Below the pieces are notes generated by a model that worked only from the letters and a program-made list of their open reading frames with translations, had not been told where the DNA came from and did not search any database. From Aquificota bacterium (GTDB taxonomy: Bacteria; Aquificota; Aquificia; Aquificales; QOAS01), in assembly GCA_013154305.1 (NCBI GenBank), contig JAADCT010000044.1:1-49411 (forward strand): 49,411 bases of DNA. The letters run 5' to 3'. The translations under genes were made by a program, and so were the position numbers. Below are positions 43,445 through 49,411 of the stretch, one piece after another; within the stretch, counting starts at the first letter, position 1; every line of letters starts with the position of its first letter.

Positions 43445-43729
43445 TTAGGAACCTTCCTTGCTCTGGGCCAGGGCCTTGTTCAGGAGCTGGTAGACCCTCG
43501 AAACGCGTCTGGAGGCCTCCCGCTTGGTTATGACGCCCTTGCTCCAGGTGTGCATGATGATTTTTTGAACCTCGGGCAGGAACTGCTTGGCCTCCTCGAG
43601 GCGGCCTTCTTCGACCATTTTGCGGAACTTTTTGATGTAGGTTTTCATCCTCGAAAGGTGGTAGCGGTTGCGCAGCCTCCTGCGGACGTTTTGTCTGGCG
43701 GCCTTTTTGGCGCTCTTGGTGTTTGCCAC
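43445..43729 (-). CDS. rpsT: 30S ribosomal protein S20
   Basis: MANTKSAKKAARQNVRRRLRNR... The start is GTG, with GGAGGAGGT 7 nt upstream. Confidence 0.9.
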   Translation of the reverse strand: MANTKSAKKAARQNVRRRLRNRYHLSRMKTYIKKFRKMVEEGRLEEAKQFLPEVQKIIMHTWSKGVITKREASRRVSRVYQLLNKALAQSKEGS

Positions 43730-43773
43730 CTCTTTTACCTCCTCCTTCGTTGTTTTATTTGCGAAGGTTTTTA

Positions 43774-44439
43774 TTATAAACCCCCTTCGGGACGGCGGTT
43801 TCTAAGCTCCCTCACGAGGGAAAGAACCTCCTTCGGCCTTTTGAGGAGAAAGTCGGGGCGGGTTCCGTCCAGGGGTTCGGCGTAACCCCAAAGGGCGTAG
43901 GCCGAAAGGGCGCCGGCACCCTTGGCGGCCAAAACGTCGTCGGAGCGGTCTCCCACCACCAAGGTTTTGCGGGGGGAAACGCCGAGCCGCTCGGTTAAAA
44001 AGAGAACGTGGGCGGGGTCGGGCTTGTGGGCCGGCGGAAGGTCGCGTCCGACCACGAGGTCGAAGTAGCGGTCCATTCGGGCCGCCTTTAGGACGCGAAG
44101 GGCCCCCTCGGTAATCTTGTTGGTGGCCACGGCCAACTTGTAGCCCTCCCCCTTTAGGGTTTCGAGGACCTCGTAGATGCCCTCGTAGGGTCGGCTGTTT
44201 TTAAAGGCGTACTTTTCCAGGTAGTGCCTTCGCAACCTTTGGAGGGCCTCCTCGAGGAGCTCCTTCGGGAAAAAGGGTTCGAGGAAGCCGTAGGCGCCGC
44301 CGCCGATGTGGCGGCAAAACTCCTCGTAAGGGGGCGGCTTTAGGCCGTATTCGGCGGCCGTGTCGCAAAAGGCCGCATACAGGTCGGGGGCCGTGTCTAT
44401 CAGCGTCCCGTCGAGGTCGAAGACGACCAGCTCAACCAT
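43774..44439 (-). CDS. HAD-superfamily hydrolase (phosphoglycolate phosphatase-like)
   Basis: VVFDLDGTLIDT (motif I), VATNK and VVGDRSDDVLAAKGAG are present. Confidence 0.8.
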   Translation of the reverse strand: MVELVVFDLDGTLIDTAPDLYAAFCDTAAEYGLKPPPYEEFCRHIGGGAYGFLEPFFPKELLEEALQRLRRHYLEKYAFKNSRPYEGIYEVLETLKGEGYKLAVATNKITEGALRVLKAARMDRYFDLVVGRDLPPAHKPDPAHVLFLTERLGVSPRKTLVVGDRSDDVLAAKGAGALSAYALWGYAEPLDGTRPDFLLKRPKEVLSLVRELRNRRPEGGL

Positions 44440-44451
44440 TTAACTGTTTTA

Positions 44452-45420
44452 ATGATGGAGCGTTTTTTGAAAAAGCTCACCGACAACGCCCCCTACGGGG
44501 TGGTGATTTTTTCGGGCGAGCCTCCGAAGGTGGTCTACCACAACAAAACCTTCGAGGGGTGGGGCCTTTTGGAAAAACCCTTTTTGGAGAAGCTTTTGGC
44601 GCTCGAGACCGACGAGGTGGAGTTTAAGGGAAGGACCTTTCGCGTTTACACCTTCGAGGAGGACGGAAAGAGGGCCTTCGTTTTGGAGGACTACACGCCC
44701 CTTAAGACCTATCAGAGGGCGAAAAAGGACTTCGTTGCCAACGTCAGTCACGAATTGAAGACGCCCATTTCGGTAATCGGTTCGGCGGCCGAAACGCTCT
44801 ACATGGAGGAGACCGACCCGTTTAAGCGCCGCTTTTTGGAAAAGATACTCAAGCGGACGAAGGAGATGGAGGCGCTGGTGGAGGACCTGCTGATACTGGC
44901 GGCCCTCGAGTCGAAGGAGGGCAAGGTCCTTTGGGAGGAGGTGGCCGTAAAACCCCTGGTGGAGGAGGTTTTCTCCAACCTGTCGGAGTTTGCGGAGAAA
45001 AAGGGCGTTTCCCTTCTGGCGGAGGTCGGTCTGGAGCGCTGTCTTTGCGACCGCCACAAGGTGGGCATCCTTCTCAAAAACCTCGTGGAGAACGCGATAA
45101 AGTACAACCGCGAGGGGGGAGAGGTTCGCGTCCGCGTCTACCGCGAGGGGGACTTCGCCGTCTTTGAGGTCGCCGACACGGGCATAGGCATACCGAAAAA
45201 GCACCTCCCGCTGATATTCGAAAGGTTTTACCGGGTGGACAAGTCGCGCTCGAGGGAGGTCCGCGGAACGGGCCTCGGTCTTTCGATAGTAAAGCACATA
45301 GCGCTCATCCACGGCGGAAGGGTGGAGGTCGAAAGCGAGGAGGGCAAGGGGAGCACCTTCCGCGTTTACCTGCCTCTCAGGCCCTCAGCCCAAAACGAGG
45401 AAGGCGTAAAGGAGGTATAA
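44452..45420 (+). CDS. Soluble sensor histidine kinase (small PAS-like N-terminus + HisKA + HATPase_c), with no adjacent response regulator
   Basis: The H-box is FVANVSHELKTPISVI, the N-box LVENAIKYN, G1 VADTGIGI and G2 GTGLGLSIV. No TM segments are present. Confidence 0.85.
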   Translation: MMERFLKKLTDNAPYGVVIFSGEPPKVVYHNKTFEGWGLLEKPFLEKLLALETDEVEFKGRTFRVYTFEEDGKRAFVLEDYTPLKTYQRAKKDFVANVSHELKTPISVIGSAAETLYMEETDPFKRRFLEKILKRTKEMEALVEDLLILAALESKEGKVLWEEVAVKPLVEEVFSNLSEFAEKKGVSLLAEVGLERCLCDRHKVGILLKNLVENAIKYNREGGEVRVRVYREGDFAVFEVADTGIGIPKKHLPLIFERFYRVDKSRSREVRGTGLGLSIVKHIALIHGGRVEVESEEGKGSTFRVYLPLRPSAQNEEGVKEV

Positions 45421-46362
45421 AAGTCCGTTGGCCAAAAGCAGGCCGGAGTAAACCTTTTTCCTTATCCTCAGCTGGTAGAGAACGAGGGCCGCGCCCAGGA
45501 GGGCAATAAAGCCCGCCAAAATTCCGGCCCGGCCTATCTCCCAGTCGGTAAAGAGGAGACCCACCGAAACGGGAACGGTCGACTGAAAGACCATCGCACC
45601 GGTAATGTTTCCGAAGGCCAATTCGTACTTACCCCGCAGGGACCAGAAGAAACTGTTGAACTTTTCGGGGAGTTCGGTGGCAACGGGAGCCACCAGAAGG
45701 GAGAAAACCAGGGGGGCCACCCCCAGGTGCTGCGAAAGAACCTCCAGCGAGTGGACGAACACCTCCACCGACACCAAAAGGACCAAAAGGGCCGAAATCA
45801 GCTGAAAGACGGAGGTAAAGAGGTGTTCGGGCAGTTTCATAAAGCGGCTAAAGTGGAGGGTTCCGTCGGCCTCGACCTCCTCGCCGCCCTCCCTCACGAC
45901 GTGATAGACGTAGTAGGCGTAGCCGGCCAAAAGCAGGAACGCGAAGGCGACCTTAAGCCAGTGCATGCCGGGAACGAAGGCCAAAAAGACGGCCGGCGGA
46001 AAGAGAATCGTAAAGAAGGTCAGGTCCCGCGAGAGCAAAAAGGCGTTTGTATTTATCACCTTCTCCCGCTTTATCAGGGCCGCCAGCCCGATGATGAAAA
46101 AGCCCAAAGTTGCCAGCATGAAGGGGGCGCCCAGTATGGCGCCGTTGGCTATCTCCTCCTTGGTTTCGGGCGAGCCGAAAATCAGCGCCACTATCGGAAC
46201 CAGCGTCTCGGGAAGGGCCGTTCCCACGGCCGCCAAAAGGCTTCCCACCACCCCGTGCGACAGGCCCAGCCGGTCGCCTAGGTCCTCGACCGCGTTGGTA
46301 AAAAGCTCGGCCGCCAGCAAAATTCCCACGAACGAGGCCAAAAACAGCGCCACTTCCATCAT
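45385..46362 (-). CDS. Ca2+/cation antiporter family membrane protein (CaCA, YrbG-like)
   Basis: Two alpha-repeat-like motifs (GSLLAAVGTALPETLV and GNITGAMVFQSTV) and about 10 TM segments are present. The gene overlaps the kinase gene tail-to-tail by 36 nt. Confidence 0.8.
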   Translation of the reverse strand: MMEVALFLASFVGILLAAELFTNAVEDLGDRLGLSHGVVGSLLAAVGTALPETLVPIVALIFGSPETKEEIANGAILGAPFMLATLGFFIIGLAALIKREKVINTNAFLLSRDLTFFTILFPPAVFLAFVPGMHWLKVAFAFLLLAGYAYYVYHVVREGGEEVEADGTLHFSRFMKLPEHLFTSVFQLISALLVLLVSVEVFVHSLEVLSQHLGVAPLVFSLLVAPVATELPEKFNSFFWSLRGKYELAFGNITGAMVFQSTVPVSVGLLFTDWEIGRAGILAGFIALLGAALVLYQLRIRKKVYSGLLLANGLLYLLYAFLVLG

Positions 46363-46372
46363 TAGATTGAAA

Positions 46373-47353
46373 TTACAGCCCGCCGTTTGAAGACAGTAGC
46401 CGCAAAACCGCCCGCCTAACGAGACCGTATTCGCCCAAAAGGCGCCGCAGGCGCCTTTCCAGGTAAGAGACCGTAGTCAGGTTTTGGGGGGCGCGGCGGT
46501 CGCGGAGGGGGTCGTTGGCAAAGGCCAGGGCCGCCGCGGCCGCCGCCTCGGCCGTTTTTACGGCCGTCTCCCTGTCTTCGGTGTAGGGCAGTTCTACGCG
46601 GGCCAGACCGGCCGTAGGGTCGCCCCAACCGTCGGTCAGGCGAACGTAGCAGGCCAGTTTTCGGACCGAGGTTTCGACGAAGCGCCCGTTTCGGAAGGCC
46701 GTCGTCTTTTCCTCAAAGAGAAACAGCGGAGTCCTTTGACCCCTCTTGAGGTCAAAGAGCACCTCCTCGAGCCCCTCGAGGTAAAAGTTCTTTTGCTCCT
46801 TTACGAGGTAGGCCACCCCCGGATAGAAGCGGGAGGTTTTGACCGTCCCGTCGAGAAGCAAAAGCGGCGAGCCGAAAAAGCCACGGGCCCCCTCCAGCTC
46901 GAGCCTCTTCATCAGGTAGTTGGCCGTTTTACCGAGGTCGGGAAGGGGTGAAAAGACCGACCGAAAGGTCAAAACCCTTTCGCCCACCTCCACGGCCCAC
47001 CGTTCGGGAACCGACAGTGGCCCTTCCGAGTGGTAGATGAAAAAGCGGCGAACCTCCGACCTCAGGAGCCTGTATTCGGGCCTTTGACCCGAAAGGTCGA
47101 CCTCCAAAACCCCCGCCCCGACGGAGATGAAAATGCCCTCTCCCGCGTAGCGGCCGCCGCTGAAGATGGTGCTCCGAAATTCGGTCCGCCGGACGCCGTC
47201 GACGAACAAAATCCGTTCGGGGAGACGCGTTTTGACCTCTAAGGGTTTCCAAACTCCGCCCACCTCGTAGTGGGGGTCGAGGTTTCTTAAAAACCTCTTC
47301 GGTTCGAAGTCGGTTTCCCTGTCCTCGTCGGGGGCGGGAAAAAAGCGGAGCAT
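46373..47353 (-). CDS. Hypothetical protein with NurA-like (RNase H-fold nuclease) motif order
   Basis: The motif order ILFVDGVRR ... LLLLDGTVKTS ... CYVRLTD..GLARVELPY ... C-terminal RAPQNLTTVSYLERRL resembles NurA (iDGS / llDGsl / RvE / C-terminal helix motif). This is recognition by eye only. The start is ATG 47353, with TTG 47356 as an alternative. Confidence 0.55.
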   Translation of the reverse strand: MLRFFPAPDEDRETDFEPKRFLRNLDPHYEVGGVWKPLEVKTRLPERILFVDGVRRTEFRSTIFSGGRYAGEGIFISVGAGVLEVDLSGQRPEYRLLRSEVRRFFIYHSEGPLSVPERWAVEVGERVLTFRSVFSPLPDLGKTANYLMKRLELEGARGFFGSPLLLLDGTVKTSRFYPGVAYLVKEQKNFYLEGLEEVLFDLKRGQRTPLFLFEEKTTAFRNGRFVETSVRKLACYVRLTDGWGDPTAGLARVELPYTEDRETAVKTAEAAAAAALAFANDPLRDRRAPQNLTTVSYLERRLRRLLGEYGLVRRAVLRLLSSNGGL

Positions 47354-47381
47354 CAACTAAAGGATATATTGAAAACTCTTA

Positions 47382-48668
47382 ATGAGAATTGAAGGTGAGC
47401 TCAGGGTTCCCTCCGACAAGTCGATTTCCCACCGCGCGATAATAATAGGCGCCCTCGCCGAGGGTGACACCCTCGTGAAAAATTGGCTCCGCTCGGCCGA
47501 CACGACGGCAACCCTGCGCGTCTACCGCCAAATGGGTCTGGAGGTCGAGGAGAAGGAAAGCGGCGAGCTGGTGGTCAAAGGAAGGGGCCTCTTTTCGCTG
47601 AGGGAGCCCGACCGCGTCCTCGACGCCCAAAACTCGGGAACGACAGCCCGCCTCTCTTTGGGCGTTTTGGCCGCCCAACCCTTTTTCGCCGTTTTGACCG
47701 GCGACGATTCCCTCCGCCGCCGGCCGATGCTCCGCGTCGTCAAACCGCTCAGGGAAATGGGCGCCTCCGTTGACGGCCGCGAAGGCGGCAACCTCCTCCC
47801 GCTGGCGGTCAGGGGGGGACCCCTTCGGGGCATTTCCTTTTTCAACAAAAAGGCCTCGGCCCAGGTCAAGTCGGCCCTCCTTTTGGCCGGCCTCCACGCC
47901 GAGGGAACGACCGAGGTCGAAGAACCCTACCTTTCCCGCGACCACACCGAGAGGATGCTCCGCCTCTTTGAGGTCGACCTGGAGACGGTTCCCCTCGAAA
48001 GGGGCGTCCTCGTTAAGGTCAAGGGACCGCAACAACCGACCGGGGGAAAGGAGATATTCGTCCCCGCCGACCCCTCCAGCGCCGCCTTTTTCGCCGCCGC
48101 CGCCGTCCTTTTGCCCGGTTCGCACCTTCTGCTCAAAGAGGTTTTGGTAAACCCCACCAGGGACGGCTTTTTCCGAAAACTGCGCCAAATGGGGGCCCTG
48201 CTCGAATACGAAAACCCGCGGGAACTTTCGATGGAGCCGATAGCCGACGTTAGGGTCCGGCATTCGCCCGAACTCCGCGGCGTGGAGGTTTTTCCCGAAG
48301 AGGTCCCGGCTATGATAGACGAGCTTCCCCTTTTGGCGGTGGTGGCGACCCAGGCCGAGGGCACGACGGTAATCCGCGGCGCGGCCGAGCTCCGCGTAAA
48401 GGAGAGCGACCGCATAAAGGCCACCGTCGAAAACCTCCGGAAAATGGGCGCCCGCGTCGAGGAACTTCCCGACGGGATGGTAATCTACGGAAAGACGCCG
48501 CTCCGCGGAGGGGTGAAGATAAAAACCTACGGCGACCACCGCATAGCCATGGCCTTTACGGTGGCCGGGCTGGTGGCCGACGGACCCGTCGAGCTCGACG
48601 ACCCCTCCTGCGTCGCCGTTTCCTACCCGCGCTTTTTTGACGACCTCAAAAAGGTTCTTAAACCCTAA
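47382..48668 (+). CDS. aroA: 3-phosphoshikimate 1-carboxyvinyltransferase (EPSP synthase)
   Basis: VPSDKSISHRAIIIGALAEG, LDAQNSGTTARL, LRRRPM, VKESDRI and GDHRIAMAF are present. Confidence 0.95.
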   Translation: MRIEGELRVPSDKSISHRAIIIGALAEGDTLVKNWLRSADTTATLRVYRQMGLEVEEKESGELVVKGRGLFSLREPDRVLDAQNSGTTARLSLGVLAAQPFFAVLTGDDSLRRRPMLRVVKPLREMGASVDGREGGNLLPLAVRGGPLRGISFFNKKASAQVKSALLLAGLHAEGTTEVEEPYLSRDHTERMLRLFEVDLETVPLERGVLVKVKGPQQPTGGKEIFVPADPSSAAFFAAAAVLLPGSHLLLKEVLVNPTRDGFFRKLRQMGALLEYENPRELSMEPIADVRVRHSPELRGVEVFPEEVPAMIDELPLLAVVATQAEGTTVIRGAAELRVKESDRIKATVENLRKMGARVEELPDGMVIYGKTPLRGGVKIKTYGDHRIAMAFTVAGLVADGPVELDDPSCVAVSYPRFFDDLKKVLKP

Positions 48669-48686
48669 AAACCCGCGGCGGTAAAA

Positions 48687-48720
48687 GCCCCATCCCTTTC
48701 CCCTCTTGGTGGGGCGTTTT
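48687..48720 (+). terminator. Weak terminator-like hairpin after aroA
   Basis: GCCCCA (48687..48692) pairs with TGGGGC (48710..48715) around a 17-nt loop, and GTTTT follows. Confidence 0.3.
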
Positions 48721-48738
48721 AATCTAATGCACCTTTAG

Positions 48739-49411
48739 ATGGGAAAAAAGCTCCGCGTCGGGACCCGCCGAAGCAAGCTTGCCCTCTGGCAGACCAACTT
48801 CGTCGTCCACCTGCTTCGACTCTTTGACCCCTCTTTGGAGGTCGAAGTCGTTCCGATAACCACCAAGGGGGACAAAATCCTCGACAGTCCCCTTTCGAAA
48901 ATCGGCGACAAGGGCCTCTTTACGAAGGAAATCGAGGAGAAACTCCTTCGGAAGGAGATAGACTTCGCCGTCCACTCGCTGAAGGACCTTCCCACCACCC
49001 TACCCGAGGGGCTGACGATAGCGGCCTACACCATGAGGGACTTTCCCTTCGACGCCCTCGTGTCCCGCGAAGGGAAAACCCTGAAGGAACTCCCCGAAGG
49101 GGCCGTGGTCGGAACCTCGTCGCTGCGCCGCCGCGCCCAGCTGAAGCGCCTCCGGCCCGACCTCGTCGTTAAGGACGTCCGCGGAAACGTCGACACGCGC
49201 TTGAGAAAGCTCGACGAGGGCCTCTACGACGCCCTGATACTGGCCCAAAGCTCGCTCGAGCGCCTCGGCTGGGGCGACCGCATAACCGAGGTCCTCGACT
49301 ACTTTATCCCCGCCGTCGGGCAGGGAATAATAGCCGTCGAGGCCCGCGAGGAGGACAAAGAACTCCTTCAGCTCCTGCGGGAGGCCCTCAACGACCCCGC
49401 CTCCGAGGCCG
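48739..49411 (+). CDS. hemC: Porphobilinogen deaminase (hydroxymethylbilane synthase), 3' partial at the window edge
   Basis: My own translation from ATG 48739 gives MGKKLRVGTRRSKLALWQTNFVVHLL...ITTKGDKILDSPLSKIGDKGLFTKEIEEKLL...DFAVHSLKDLPT...VGTSSLRRRAQL...RGNVDTRLRKL. It is open to the end of the window and absent from the ORF track because it is open-ended. Confidence 0.9.
   Translation, partial: MGKKLRVGTRRSKLALWQTNFVVHLLRLFDPSLEVEVVPITTKGDKILDSPLSKIGDKGLFTKEIEEKLLRKEIDFAVHSLKDLPTTLPEGLTIAAYTMRDFPFDALVSREGKTLKELPEGAVVGTSSLRRRAQLKRLRPDLVVKDVRGNVDTRLRKLDEGLYDALILAQSSLERLGWGDRITEVLDYFIPAVGQGIIAVEAREEDKELLQLLREALNDPASEA

Overview
This is a 49.4-kb, very gene-dense chromosomal segment with about 50 CDS, two of them cut by the window edges. 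By eye I found no rRNA, tRNA, CRISPR array, IS or transposase, integrase or prophage signature.

The content is core housekeeping:
- Protein quality control, translation and RNA: pepA, hpf, pnp, clpC, clpX, der, hfq, rpsT, tldD, yajC.
- tRNA modification: tsaC, miaB, ttuA.
- Envelope: bamA, kdsA and an ArnT-like GT39 glycosyltransferase.
- Central and biosynthetic metabolism: leuB, folC, gap, hemH, hemC, mtnP, aroA, atpC, and mqnA plus an mqnE-like gene of the futalosine pathway.

Several features suggest a thermophilic diderm bacterium, possibly Aquificota-like: K/E/R-rich proteins, a two-CXXC protein disulfide oxidoreductase, the futalosine pathway, and many convergent genes whose stop codons overlap by 4 nt. 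This taxon guess is inference only.

I do not see a convincing multi-gene novel system such as a defence island, mobile element or biosynthetic cluster. The observations most worth a second look are:
1. An ileS ORF that stops after the CP1 editing domain. It has no KMSKS or anticodon-binding half and no room for a frameshifted continuation, so it may be a split IleRS.
2. bamA has no canonical start codon in front of its signal peptide, and its first plausible codon overlaps the clpC stop.
3. A recurrent GC-rich palindrome (core CCCGCC-N3-GGCGGG) abuts A/T-rich -10-like boxes 9-18 nt upstream of many start codons. Together with SD-less starts and 12-28 bp divergent spacers, this suggests short-leader or leaderless transcripts.
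4. Two unusually long non-coding stretches: 13901-14148, packed with CCGAAAGT-type repeats, and 17988-18498.
5. Several orphan or atypical proteins:
   - a tandem receiver-like duplication protein;
   - a Cys-rich pilin-like protein with an EF-hand loop;
   - a ThyX-like protein with a degenerate RHR motif;
   - a NurA-like protein with no HerA partner.

All family assignments come from motif recognition by eye. No database search was run.
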